Sequence record: DRR723986_1795 | DNA length: 37,540 nucleotides | Strand: one strand, 5' to 3' | Shown here: one piece after another, positions 25,521-35,127 of the stretch | How positions within the stretch are numbered: position 1 is the first letter of the stretch | How the letters are laid out: the number at the start of each line of letters is the position of its first letter | Translations under genes and position numbers: made by a program | The notes under the pieces: model-generated | What the model was told of the DNA's origin: nothing | The model's input: only the letters and a program-made list of their open reading frames with translations | The model's database searches: none

Positions 25521-26355
25521 CAAGGGCCTGAACGACACCGGACGAAGCGAAATCGGGCTGGATGAAGCCGGAAGGGACGCGGACCTGCGCTTGCTGGAGT
25601 TGGCTGCGCGCCAGGCTGGCGATATTGCGCTGGGTTTCTTCGGTCAGGATCCGGAGACCTGGTACAAGGGCAAGGCGGGCATGTCGCCGGTTTCCGAGGC
25701 AGATCTCGCGGTAGACCGTTTTCTCGCGGACTACCTGCGGTCCGCGCGGCCGGACTACGGCTGGCTTTCGGAGGAAACCGCAGACGACCGCAGCCGGCTC
25801 AACCACGAGCGTGTCTTTATTGTCGATCCGATTGACGGCACGCGGGCCTTTCTGGCGGGCGGCGACGAATGGACGGTGGCGATTGCCGTGGTCGAGGCCG
25901 GTCGGCCTGTTGCGGCTTCGGTCTTTTGCCCGCGCCGGGACGAGATGTTTCTGGCCCGTGCAGGCGGCGGAGCCTGGCTCAATGGGTCTCGACTGGCGGT
26001 GTCAGACCGCACCGGCCTTTCCGGCGCAACCTTGACCGGACCTCATTCCATTGTTGCCAATCAGGATGTTGTCGCTGCAGGATTTGTCGGCACGGAAATC
26101 CTGCGCTCCCTGGCCTATCGGCTGGCGATCGTGGCGGCGGGACGGGTCGATGTCGGGGCTGCACGAGGTGGACCGAGCGATTGGGATCTTGCGGCGGCGG
26201 ATCTTTTGGTGCAGGAAGCGGGCGGTGTATTGACCGACCTGTCGGGTCGGAACCTGATCTACAACTGCGCCAAGACCGGCCACCCGGCCCTGATCGCAGC
26301 TCCAGTTGCGCTGATCGGGCCTGTGCGCGACGCGCTCGACGACCTGATCAGGTAA
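25507..26355 (+). CDS. Inositol monophosphatase family / CysQ-like phosphatase
   Basis: SPVSEAD, LSEE, VDPIDGT, WDLAAA..LVQEAGG. Probable TTG start overlapping the end of pmbA. Confidence 0.88.
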   Translation: MPEADKGLNDTGRSEIGLDEAGRDADLRLLELAARQAGDIALGFFGQDPETWYKGKAGMSPVSEADLAVDRFLADYLRSARPDYGWLSEETADDRSRLNHERVFIVDPIDGTRAFLAGGDEWTVAIAVVEAGRPVAASVFCPRRDEMFLARAGGGAWLNGSRLAVSDRTGLSGATLTGPHSIVANQDVVAAGFVGTEILRSLAYRLAIVAAGRVDVGAARGGPSDWDLAAADLLVQEAGGVLTDLSGRNLIYNCAKTGHPALIAAPVALIGPVRDALDDLIR

Positions 26356-26389
26356 CAGACCGGTTGCAGCGACGAAAGCGAGGATATTG

Positions 26390-26629
26390 ATGAGTAATAC
26401 CGATACTCCGAAGCAGCTCCTTCATCTTGTGTTCGGCGGCGAGCTGGAATCACCGGAAGGGCTGACGTTCCGCGATCTGGACGAACTGGATATCGTCGGA
26501 ATCTACCCGAATTATGCCGAAGCCTACAAAGCCTGGAAATCCAAGGCACAGGCGACGGTCGACAACGCTCATATGCGTTACTTCATCGTCCACATGCACC
26601 GCTTGCTCGATCCGGAAACGGCTTCTTAA
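26390..26629 (+). CDS. DUF4170-like small protein (79 aa)
   Basis: QLLHLVFGGEL...DIVGIYPNY..AY.AW..KAQ.TVDNAHMRYFIVH.HRLLDP; GAGGA RBS. Confidence 0.85.
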   Translation: MSNTDTPKQLLHLVFGGELESPEGLTFRDLDELDIVGIYPNYAEAYKAWKSKAQATVDNAHMRYFIVHMHRLLDPETAS

Positions 26630-26661
26630 GGCAGCGCAGCTCTCTCAGGCGACAACACCAA

Positions 26662-27360
26662 ATGATAAAACGCCTCGGCCGTCAGCCCTGGGTTCTGGCC
26701 AGCATCGGCACTTTGATGGCCGTTTACCTGAAACTGGTCTACCGTACCAACCGGTTCGTGATCGATCCGGAGGGTGTGCACGAACGTTCCGAACAGGATC
26801 TCCCGGTTATCGTGGCCATGTGGCACGGCCAGCACTTCATGGTGCCCTTCGCCAAGCCGGCTCACTGGCCCGCCAAGGTGATGATTTCCCGGTCTGCCGA
26901 TGGCGAGGTCAATGCGATCGCGGCCCGCAAGCTCGGCCTCGGCCTGATCCGTGCCTCCGGCGGCAAGAACGCACGCCAGATAAAAAAGCGCGGCGGCATG
27001 CGTGGTTTCATCGAGGCGCTTCGTGCACTCAAGGAAGGCTATTCCATCGCCATGACGGCGGATGTGCCAAAAGGTCCGGCCCGCAAGTCCGGCGTTGGCA
27101 TCGTTCAGCTTGCCAAGCATTCGGGCCGTCCCGTCCTGCCTGTGGCGGTGGCAACCAGCCGCAGCATCGAGCTGAATAGTTGGGACAAGGCCAGTGTCAA
27201 CCTGCCATTCGGTCGGGGCAGCATCGCGGTGAGTGATCTCATCTGGGTTCCCGCCGATGCGGATGACGACACGCTTGAGGAATACCGCCTCAAGGTGGAA
27301 GAGGGGCTCAACGCCGCAACGAAACGTGCTTACGAGCTGGTCGGAAGGGCGGATGGCTGA
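26662..27360 (+). CDS. DUF374 lysophospholipid-acyltransferase-family protein (LpxJ-like)
   Basis: AMWHGQH, ISRSADGE, IRASG, TADVPKGP, SWD...NLPFGR. Overlaps waaA. Confidence 0.82.
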   Translation: MIKRLGRQPWVLASIGTLMAVYLKLVYRTNRFVIDPEGVHERSEQDLPVIVAMWHGQHFMVPFAKPAHWPAKVMISRSADGEVNAIAARKLGLGLIRASGGKNARQIKKRGGMRGFIEALRALKEGYSIAMTADVPKGPARKSGVGIVQLAKHSGRPVLPVAVATSRSIELNSWDKASVNLPFGRGSIAVSDLIWVPADADDDTLEEYRLKVEEGLNAATKRAYELVGRADG

Positions 27361-28669
27361 CCGGCGACCCCTTGTCTTCAGTCTCTACAGGGGCCTTGCA
27401 CGGGCCCTGACGCCTCTGTTCAATCTGCTTTTCTGGCTGCGCAGCCGCTCCGGCAAGGAATTGCCGGCCCGCAAGGGGGAGCGTTTCGGACAGAGCGCAA
27501 CAAGCCGGCCTGCCGGCAAGCTTGTCTGGATCCATGCGGCCAGTGTCGGTGAAACCGTATCCGTGCTGCCGCTGGTTGATGAACTGACGGCGTCCGGCAA
27601 CAAGGTGCTCCTGACCACAGTCACCGTGACGGCGGCACAGCTGGCACAGGGCCGCTTGCCGGAAGGAGCGATCCACCAGTTCATGCCATTCGATGCACCC
27701 GGACCTATCTGCCGATTTCTTGACCACTGGTCTCCGGATCTGGCGATGGTGATCGAGTCCGAAATCTGGCCGTGCCTTTTCGATGAAATGCGTTCACGGC
27801 AAACGCCCTTCGTGCTTCTCAACGGCCGCCTGTCGGACCGATCCTATCGAAGCTGGGCGCGCTTTCCGCGTATATCCCGATATCTGTTTCGGTGTCTGGA
27901 CATGGTTCTGGCGCAAAGCGCCGCCGATGGCGAGCGGTTCCGCCTGTTGGGCTGCCGCAATGTTTCAACGCCCGGCAATCTGAAATTCGATGCACCGGAT
28001 CCGGCCGTGGACGAAGGCCAGGCAACCGCCCTGCTGGCACAGACAGGAGCGCGTCCGGTCTGGCTGGCCGCCCTGACGCATCCGGGCGAGGACGAGATCG
28101 TGCTCGAGGCCTTTGGCCGTCTCACCGAGGAATTTCCCGGTCTCTTGCTGGTCCTGGTGCCGCGACATCCCGTCCGGACAGATGATATTGCGGCCATGAT
28201 CGATAGCCGTGGCCTGCGTGCGGCGCGTCGAAGTCTGGATCAGGCAATTGAAACGGACACAGATGTCTATCTCGGTGATACACTGGGCGAGATGGGACTT
28301 TTTTACAGATTGGCACCGGTTACGTTTTTGGGTGGTTCATTCAACGATGCGGGCGGTCATAACCCGGTGGAAGCTGCATTGTCGGGCTCCGCGCTGGTCA
28401 CTGGCCCGCGTGTTGCGAACGCCCGCGCCGTCTACAAGGACTTCTGGAGCCAGCGGGCTTCGCTGAAAGCGGAGTTGCCGGAGAACCTGGCAGATTGCGT
28501 CGGCAGTCTTTTGCGCGATGCTGACGCTGCCCGGGCGCAGGCGGAAAGAGCAAGAGCCCTGGTCGAAGCCGGGCGCGGTGCCTTGGCCGAAACCCTGAAA
28601 GTGTTGCAACCCATGCTGGGAAAAGCAGGTCCGGCGACTGACGACCCGCTACCGCGGGGCCGCGCATGA
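27353..28669 (+). CDS. waaA: Kdo transferase
   Basis: WIHAASVGE, ESEIWP, GNLKFD, LVPRHP.R, DTLGEMG, GGHNPVE. Confidence 0.96.
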   Translation: MADRRPLVFSLYRGLARALTPLFNLLFWLRSRSGKELPARKGERFGQSATSRPAGKLVWIHAASVGETVSVLPLVDELTASGNKVLLTTVTVTAAQLAQGRLPEGAIHQFMPFDAPGPICRFLDHWSPDLAMVIESEIWPCLFDEMRSRQTPFVLLNGRLSDRSYRSWARFPRISRYLFRCLDMVLAQSAADGERFRLLGCRNVSTPGNLKFDAPDPAVDEGQATALLAQTGARPVWLAALTHPGEDEIVLEAFGRLTEEFPGLLLVLVPRHPVRTDDIAAMIDSRGLRAARRSLDQAIETDTDVYLGDTLGEMGLFYRLAPVTFLGGSFNDAGGHNPVEAALSGSALVTGPRVANARAVYKDFWSQRASLKAELPENLADCVGSLLRDADAARAQAERARALVEAGRGALAETLKVLQPMLGKAGPATDDPLPRGRA

Positions 28670-29688
28670 AGTCGGCACCCGACTTCTGGTGGAAGCCGGG
28701 ACAGACGCTGGCAAGTTGGCTGCTGTCGCCGGCAGGCTGGATTTACGGACTGGTCTCTGGCCGCCGCATGTTGAAGAAGCCGAAAGCGAAAAGCCGGTTG
28801 CCTGTAATCTGCGTCGGCAATTTCGTCGTCGGCGGAACCGGAAAGACACCCTTTGCCATCGAACTGTCCTACAGATTGCAGGAAGAAGGCTTGCGGCCCG
28901 GTTTTCTGCTGCGCGGTTACGGCGGCAAGGCCAAAGGGCCGCTCCTCGTCGATGCCAGCATGCACGACGCCGATGTTGTCGGTGACGAGGCCTTGTTGCT
29001 GGCCCGGTACGGTCCAACCGTGATTGCGGCCGACAGGCCGTCGGGGGCACGGCTTGCCGAGCAGCAGCCTATTGATGTGCTGCTCATGGATGACGGATTT
29101 CAGAACCCGGCGCTGGCCAAGGATCTCAGCCTGGTGCTGGTTGATTGCAGCGTGGGGTTCGGCAATGGCAAGTGTCTGCCTGCCGGTCCCTTGCGGGCAC
29201 CTGCGGCCAAGCAGATCGTGAAGGCCGATTGCCTGGTCCTGGTAGGCGAGGGGGATGCGGCCGAGGAAGCTGTGCATCTGGCCGGGCGCAAGGGGCTGCC
29301 GATCCTTCACGCGCATGTGCGGCCACAGCCGAACGATGAACTGGCGGGAAGCAGGCTCTTTGCATTTGCGGGCATCGGCAGACCGCAGAAATTCTTCGAT
29401 ACGCTGAAATCGCTTGGCTACGACGTGAAGAAAACGAGGGAATTCCCCGATCACCATCAATATACGCAAGCCGACGTGCGTGCGCTGCTGACCGAAGCCG
29501 AGGAAGCCGGGTTCAAGCTGGTGACGACGTCCAAGGACATGGCCAGGCTGGAAACGTCGACGGGAGAGCTGTTCCACTGGATCGCATCCAGTGCGGCCGT
29601 TCTGGAAGTGCGAATGGAGATCGACGACGAAGACAGGCTGGCGTCACTCATCAAGGAGCGGCTTCGCCGGCGTCAGTTCGGAAAATGA
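28666..29688 (+). CDS. lpxK: Tetraacyldisaccharide 4'-kinase
   Basis: PVICVGN..VGGTGKTP, RGYGG, GDEALLL, DDGFQN, PAGPLR, FPDHH. Confidence 0.97.
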   Translation: MKSAPDFWWKPGQTLASWLLSPAGWIYGLVSGRRMLKKPKAKSRLPVICVGNFVVGGTGKTPFAIELSYRLQEEGLRPGFLLRGYGGKAKGPLLVDASMHDADVVGDEALLLARYGPTVIAADRPSGARLAEQQPIDVLLMDDGFQNPALAKDLSLVLVDCSVGFGNGKCLPAGPLRAPAAKQIVKADCLVLVGEGDAAEEAVHLAGRKGLPILHAHVRPQPNDELAGSRLFAFAGIGRPQKFFDTLKSLGYDVKKTREFPDHHQYTQADVRALLTEAEEAGFKLVTTSKDMARLETSTGELFHWIASSAAVLEVRMEIDDEDRLASLIKERLRRRQFGK

Positions 29689-29714
29689 GGCTGCTTGACT
29701 TCGCCTGACGCGGC

Positions 29715-29927
29715 TCAGCGCGTTTCCAGATACCGCTTCATGGACGCATTGGCATCGACATAGGCTTCCTGCCGTTCGACAGACCAGTATTTCAGCTCGT
29801 CCAGCGGGATCGCCGTGCCGGTGACCGCACAGCGCACGAATGTCCCCGGTGTTTCCACCTGATAGTCGCCGTCCAGGTAGCGGACACGGGCTTCATTGGG
29901 AATGCGCGGATTTTCGTAGCGGTTCAT
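29715..29927 (-). CDS. DUF2093-like small protein (70 aa)
   Basis: YLDGDYQV..PG.FV.CAVTG..IPLDELKYWSVERQEAY; ATG at 29927. Confidence 0.85.
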   Translation of the reverse strand: MNRYENPRIPNEARVRYLDGDYQVETPGTFVRCAVTGTAIPLDELKYWSVERQEAYVDANASMKRYLETR

Positions 29928-30239
29928 GATCTGCAGTTTGGCTGTCGGTCTATCGGGAAGTCTTGATAGCATTTATGGCAGACTGGCAGGAGAGGGCAAG
30001 TTAAAGCTTTGCCAGCGGGCCTTTTCCCCGTTGTGGGACAGTCGGCTTCAAAACCGCGCAGGGTAACCCGGCCCCGACTGCATTCCGGCGTGCGGTACCG
30101 TATGACTGGTAAGTGGAATTCTCCGCTTATGGGATGAATTGCGCGCCAAAACGCCTATGTTGAGAGAAACAACCAAATTGCCCGGTCTGGCAGTGCAACC
30201 TGCATCGGCAGACACTCCGGGCGAAATCAGGACAGACAG

Positions 30240-31664
30240 ATGACCCTTTCCACCACCGATCTTATCGAATCTTCAGGCCTGGGCCTCGAAACGGCAAGGC
30301 GGATCACTCAGGACGCACTTGATGGAGCGGATGATGGCGAGCTTTTTGTCGAATATCGGCAAAGCGAGGGTCTGGTCTTCGACAACGGGCGCCTGAAAGG
30401 GGCCAACTACGACACCGCACAAGGTTTCGGCCTGAGAGCCGTTGCCGGTGAAGCTGCCGGTTACGCTCATGCCGGAGATATCTCCGAAGGTGCATTGAAA
30501 CGGGCGGCCGATGCGGTCAGCGCCGTCAAGAAGGGGTATTCGGGTAGCTATGCGGCGGCACCTGCGCGCACCAACCAGACGCTTTACACCGATGCAAATC
30601 CGCTTGGCGGGCCGAGCTTCGAGGACAAGGTCAAGCTGCTGCAGGAAATCGATGCCTACGCGCGGGCAAAGGATCCACGCGTGCGGCAGGTGTCCGCGTC
30701 TCTGGCGGGGTCCTGGCAGGTGGTCGAGATCCTGCGTGCGGACGGTCATCTGGTGCGCGATGTGCGTCCGATGGTGCGGCTCAGCATTTCCGTCGTCGCC
30801 GGCAATGACGAACGCCAGGAAAGCGGCTCTTTCGGTTGCGGTGGTCGGGAAGGCTTCGAGCGTTTCATCACCACGGAAAACTGGCAGGGCGGTGTCGATG
30901 AGGCGCTGCGTCAGGCTCTGGTCAATCTGGAAGCGGTTCCGGCACCGGCCGGCACCTTCGATGTCGTGCTGGGGCCGGGCTGGCCGGGCATTCTTCTGCA
31001 CGAAGCCGTCGGCCACGGACTGGAAGGCGACTTCAACCGCAAGAAAACGTCCGCGTTCGCCGGTCTCATGGGCCAGCGCGTCGCTTCGCCTGGCGTGACC
31101 ATCGTTGACGACGGAACGATTGCCGATCGTCGGGGCTCGCTGACTGTGGACGACGAAGGCACGCCTTCCAGCCGGACGGTACTGATTGAGGACGGTATCC
31201 TGAAGGGCTACATGCAGGACCGCCAGAACGCGCGCCTGATGGGCATGGAGCCGACAGGTAATGGCCGCCGGCAGTCCTACGCCCACATCCCGATGCCACG
31301 CATGACCAACACGGTAATGATGGCCGGTGACAAGGACCCGGACGAGATCCTGGCATCGGTCAAGGACGGCATTTACGCCGTGTCTTTCGGCGGTGGTCAG
31401 GTCGACATAACCTCCGGCAAATTCGTGTTCTCCTGCACCGAAGCCTACCGCGTGGAGAACGGCAAGGTTGGCGCGCCGCTGAAAGGCGCAATGCTGATCG
31501 GTAACGGACCGGACGCGCTGACCCGCGTTGCCATGATCGGGAACGACATGAAGCTCGATCCCGGCATGGGCACCTGCGGCAAGCAGGGGCAGGGCGTGCC
31601 TGTTGGTGTTGGCCAACCGTCCATGCGCATCAATGCCATGACCATAGGCGGGACGGCGGTCTGA
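30240..31664 (+). CDS. tldD: Metalloprotease TldD
   Basis: GWPGILLHEAVGHGLEGDFNRK, DDEGTP, PMPRMTNT, GTCGKQGQGVPVGVGQP. Confidence 0.97.
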   Translation: MTLSTTDLIESSGLGLETARRITQDALDGADDGELFVEYRQSEGLVFDNGRLKGANYDTAQGFGLRAVAGEAAGYAHAGDISEGALKRAADAVSAVKKGYSGSYAAAPARTNQTLYTDANPLGGPSFEDKVKLLQEIDAYARAKDPRVRQVSASLAGSWQVVEILRADGHLVRDVRPMVRLSISVVAGNDERQESGSFGCGGREGFERFITTENWQGGVDEALRQALVNLEAVPAPAGTFDVVLGPGWPGILLHEAVGHGLEGDFNRKKTSAFAGLMGQRVASPGVTIVDDGTIADRRGSLTVDDEGTPSSRTVLIEDGILKGYMQDRQNARLMGMEPTGNGRRQSYAHIPMPRMTNTVMMAGDKDPDEILASVKDGIYAVSFGGGQVDITSGKFVFSCTEAYRVENGKVGAPLKGAMLIGNGPDALTRVAMIGNDMKLDPGMGTCGKQGQGVPVGVGQPSMRINAMTIGGTAV

Positions 31665-31685
31665 CAAAGCCGCCTGGAAGGACCT

Positions 31686-32300
31686 ATGCCGGACATAAAA
31701 TTCGTCATCTTCGATATGGATCTGGTGCTCTACGACTATGACCACCAGATCCGCTTGAAGCTGCTTGAAGAGCTGACAGGAAGGCCTGCCGCCGATATTG
31801 ATCTCTCGGTCTGGGGCGGTCCTCATGAGAATGCAGCCGAGGCGGGAGATCCTGCAACGGCGGATGCCTATCTGGAGCAATTTGCAAGGCTGCTCGAGTT
31901 TCCGATCGATTTCGAAACCTGGGCGGATGTGCGCCGGCAGATGATGCGCCCGCGCCGGAATGTCTTGTCGCTTGTCCGCCGCCTGAAGACGACCGCAGAC
32001 ATTGCGCTGCTGACCAACAACGGCATGCTCTTGAAGGATGCCTTGCCCGTCTGCGCGCCGGAAACGGTCGAAATTTTCGGTGAGAAAGCCCATGTCTCGG
32101 CTGAGTTTGGAGCCCGCAAGCCTGATCCGCTGGTCTTTGAGCGCATCTGCGGCCGCTACGGCTACGGTCCCGAGGAAAGTGCGTTTGTCGATGACCGAGC
32201 GGAAAACATAGAAGGGGCGCAGAGCGTCGGGCTTAAGGGCCATCACTACGTGACTGCGGATGGCCTTGAAACGTTCCTGAGGGCTTGTCGGCTGATCTGA
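31686..32300 (+). CDS. HAD family phosphatase (YihX-like, subfamily IA)
   Basis: FDMDLVL, LLTNN, RKPDP, FVDDR.ENI.GA..VG. Confidence 0.88.
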   Translation: MPDIKFVIFDMDLVLYDYDHQIRLKLLEELTGRPAADIDLSVWGGPHENAAEAGDPATADAYLEQFARLLEFPIDFETWADVRRQMMRPRRNVLSLVRRLKTTADIALLTNNGMLLKDALPVCAPETVEIFGEKAHVSAEFGARKPDPLVFERICGRYGYGPEESAFVDDRAENIEGAQSVGLKGHHYVTADGLETFLRACRLI

Positions 32301-32336
32301 TCCGGAACGCAGGTTTGCGCGATCAGGGTGTTTCAG

Positions 32337-32951
32337 TCAGGGCTTCGGGTGAAAGTGCCTTTGAGGCAGCAGGTCTTCCGAACTGAAACTCCCGTTTCCG
32401 GCTATCACCATGCCGCGTGCCACGCTCAGGTTCCTGGCAACGCCGCTTCCTTTCAGCAGACCGCCTCTCATGTCCGGATCATCTTCCTGAAAGGAGCCTC
32501 CGTCCGACAGTTTGCAGCTGTCGACCGTGATATTGCCGAGGATCTGACTGCCGTCTCCCAGCATGCATCTGCCGAACAGGGCCGGGTTGTTGAGGAACCG
32601 GCCATGGCTGCCGATCCGGATTTCCGCGCCGGGTCTGTTGGCCTTGGCGGTAAATCCGCCTTCGCCGAACTGGTTCTTGCTACCGATCAGAATATTGCCG
32701 TTCGACGCTTCGAAATGGCTGCCGGAGTGCACAATGTTGTCGTCGCCCAGCCGGATCTCCGCTCCGGATGAGGCCTTCAGCGTGACGCCCGGATAAAAGA
32801 TGTTGTTCCTGCCCGCCGATACGCCTGCGGAAACCAGTGTGGAAAAGGGATCCAGAACATGATTGCCGTCCAGGATTTCCATCATCTGAGACAGCGGCAG
32901 AAACCCGCAGGCAAGGCGTGCAGCATCGATTGAGGCAAACAGATCGGACAT
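32337..32951 (-). CDS. Hypothetical protein with hexapeptide (left-handed beta-helix) repeats (204 aa)
   Basis: VLDPFSTLVS..VSAGRNNIFYPGVTL, IRLGDD, ILIGSK, IRIGSH, CMLGDG. The track's N-terminal extension overlaps the Kef gene and is unlikely. Confidence 0.7.
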   Translation of the reverse strand: MSDLFASIDAARLACGFLPLSQMMEILDGNHVLDPFSTLVSAGVSAGRNNIFYPGVTLKASSGAEIRLGDDNIVHSGSHFEASNGNILIGSKNQFGEGGFTAKANRPGAEIRIGSHGRFLNNPALFGRCMLGDGSQILGNITVDSCKLSDGGSFQEDDPDMRGGLLKGSGVARNLSVARGMVIAGNGSFSSEDLLPQRHFHPKP

Positions 32952-33251
32952 GCGGTGCAAGAGCTCCGTCTTGGAGTACAGGGATAGATAGCCAGCCTTT
33001 GGACTGGACGTTGCCTGCCAGACTTTTTCACCGGACATCTGCAACGCTACGCCGCAAATATCCAACGTGCAATCAGCTTGTGCGGTTCTCGGCGCGTGGG
33101 GCTGTCCTTTGATTGAAAATAAAGCACTTTTTTGCTGCAGTCGCTGGATTTGATTAAAGGATAGGGCGTATTCTCTGATATCGTTGAAGTGAGCCGAAGT
33201 CGCCTGAAACAAGAAGGCGACGTGTCGTGACCATGCGGTTAAGGAGAAGGA

Positions 33252-35045
33252 ATGGCAGCAGAAGGAGCCCCTCCGTTTTTTGCCGAATCGATCGTGTTTC
33301 TGGCCGCGACGGTCGTCGCCGTTCCGATCGCGAAAAGGCTGGGGCTTGGATCGGTGGTCGGATATCTCGCTGCCGGAGCCGTTATAGGCCCGCACGGCCT
33401 AAAGCTTCTCGGCTCGGGCGAGGACGTGCTTCATGTCGCCGAACTTGGCGTCGTCCTGCTGCTGTTTGTCATTGGTCTGGAGCTGGACCCGCGAAAACTC
33501 TGGCGGATGAAGCGTGACATCTTCGGCCTTGGAACGGCCCAGGTGCTTCTGACCGGTGTGACCTTCTACGCCATAGGGCGGCTGTTCGGTTATTCCTTCA
33601 CCACCTCTCTGGTTGCTGGCTTCGGCCTGGCGCTTTCTTCCACCGCGTTCGCGCTGCAGATCCTGCAGGAACGTGGACAACTTTCCTCAGCCTACGGCCA
33701 GCGGGCGTTCGGCATCCTGTTGCTTCAGGATATCGCCATCGTGCCACTGCTTGCGATGGTCGCCATTCTGGCGCCGGGGGAAGGCCCGTCCACCTATACC
33801 CAGATCGCGAGCGAGATCCTCATCGTTCTGGCGGCGGTGGCTGCCGTTATCCTGACTGGCCGATATCTGGTGTCGCCGATTTTCCTGCTGCTGGCGGCAA
33901 GCCGCGCGCGCGAGGTCATGCTGACAGCTGCTCTCCTCGTCGCTCTTGGCAGTGCCGGCATCATGCATGCGGTCGGCCTGTCGATGGCGCTCGGGGCGTT
34001 CCTGGCAGGTGTTCTGCTGGCCGAATCGAGTTTCCGCCATACGCTTGAAGCCGACATCGAGCCCTTCCGGTCTTTGCTCATGGGCCTGTTCTTTGTCGCC
34101 GTAGGCATGTCGCTGGATGTCTACCTGGTGATGACCCACTGGGAAATCCTCGCAATCGGCGTCATCTGTGTGATGGGCGTGAAGGGCATATTCCTTTGGG
34201 CTCTGTCACGGGGCACCGGCTCGCCGAATTCCGATGCATTGCGCATTGCCGTCACGCTGCCTCAAGGTGGTGAATTCGCCTTTGTCCTGTTCACCGCCGC
34301 TGTCGGCGAACGCCTGTTGAGCTATCAGGCCGTCAACCAGCTGAACGCGATTGTGGTCTTGACCATGTTGCTGACGCCGGTTGCCTGCCTCGGGCTGGAC
34401 CGGCTGGCGGCCAGGGTCAAGGCACGGGGTGTTGAAAACCCGTCGATCGAAACATTCGAGGAGGCAACTCCGACCGTGCTGGTGATCGGCTTCGGCCGCT
34501 TCGGCATGGTGGTGGCCCAGTTCCTGACATCCGAAGGTCTTGAGATCACCGCCATCGACAACCGGCCGGACCGTATCGCTTACGCCCGCAAGCAGGGCTA
34601 CAAGGTCTATTACGGCGATGCGACGCGGGCAGACGTTTTGGCGGCGGCTGGGGCAGGCAAGGCAACATTGGTTGCCATGTGTATCGAGAACGACAAGGTG
34701 ATGGGCAAGGCCATCGACCTCGTTCGAGAAGGCTTTCCCGAGGCGCTGATCTTCTGTCGGGCGACGGACCGCGCGCATATGCTGGATCTCACCAAACGGG
34801 GCGTCGATTTCCAGATTCGTGAAACTTTCGAATCAAGCGTCGTCTTCGGCCGGGCGGCACTCGAGGCACTGGGAACTCCCCTCGATCGGATCGACCAGAT
34901 CGAGGAAGACGTCCGCGACCGGGACGAGGAGCGGCTTGCCCAGCAATTGCGCGAGGGCATGTTTGCCGGCGCCGACAAGCTGCACAAGGTGACACCGCGC
35001 CGGTCGATGGAGGCGAACGCTCCTGACGCACCAGCCGCGGAATAG
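33252..35045 (+). CDS. CPA2 monovalent cation:proton antiporter, KefB/KefC type, with KTN domain
   Basis: ALSSTA, ILLLQDIA, ADIEPF, QGGEFAFV, GFGRFG, YYGDATR, RETFES; AAGGAG RBS. Confidence 0.94.
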   Translation: MAAEGAPPFFAESIVFLAATVVAVPIAKRLGLGSVVGYLAAGAVIGPHGLKLLGSGEDVLHVAELGVVLLLFVIGLELDPRKLWRMKRDIFGLGTAQVLLTGVTFYAIGRLFGYSFTTSLVAGFGLALSSTAFALQILQERGQLSSAYGQRAFGILLLQDIAIVPLLAMVAILAPGEGPSTYTQIASEILIVLAAVAAVILTGRYLVSPIFLLLAASRAREVMLTAALLVALGSAGIMHAVGLSMALGAFLAGVLLAESSFRHTLEADIEPFRSLLMGLFFVAVGMSLDVYLVMTHWEILAIGVICVMGVKGIFLWALSRGTGSPNSDALRIAVTLPQGGEFAFVLFTAAVGERLLSYQAVNQLNAIVVLTMLLTPVACLGLDRLAARVKARGVENPSIETFEEATPTVLVIGFGRFGMVVAQFLTSEGLEITAIDNRPDRIAYARKQGYKVYYGDATRADVLAAAGAGKATLVAMCIENDKVMGKAIDLVREGFPEALIFCRATDRAHMLDLTKRGVDFQIRETFESSVVFGRAALEALGTPLDRIDQIEEDVRDRDEERLAQQLREGMFAGADKLHKVTPRRSMEANAPDAPAAE

Positions 35046-35072
35046 GCGGCAATGCTCATCACCAGGATTTCG

Positions 35073-35108
35073 GAAACAAAAAAGGCGCCGAATGGGCGCC
35101 TTTCGTTT
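35073..35108. terminator. Bidirectional intrinsic terminator
   Basis: AAAGGCGCC-gaatg-GGCGCCTTT flanked by A- and T-rich runs between convergent genes. Confidence 0.85.
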
Positions 35109-35127
35109 GGTTGCTTGCGTTTCCGCG

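Noticed and set aside
30039..30080. CAGTCGG...CCGACTG stem with an inner GGGTAACCC in the DUF2093-tldD spacer
   Set aside because: Short stems of this size are expected by chance at this GC content, with no terminator or family resemblance.
29715..31664. DUF2093 or DUF4170 as RiPP precursors processed by TldDE
   Set aside because: Both look like conserved globular small proteins, and no YcaO, radical SAM or dedicated exporter genes are nearby.
32952..33395. N-terminal extension of the 352-aa minus-strand ORF
   Set aside because: It overlaps the Kef gene start and an AT-rich promoter. Protein-like sequence begins at ATG 32951.
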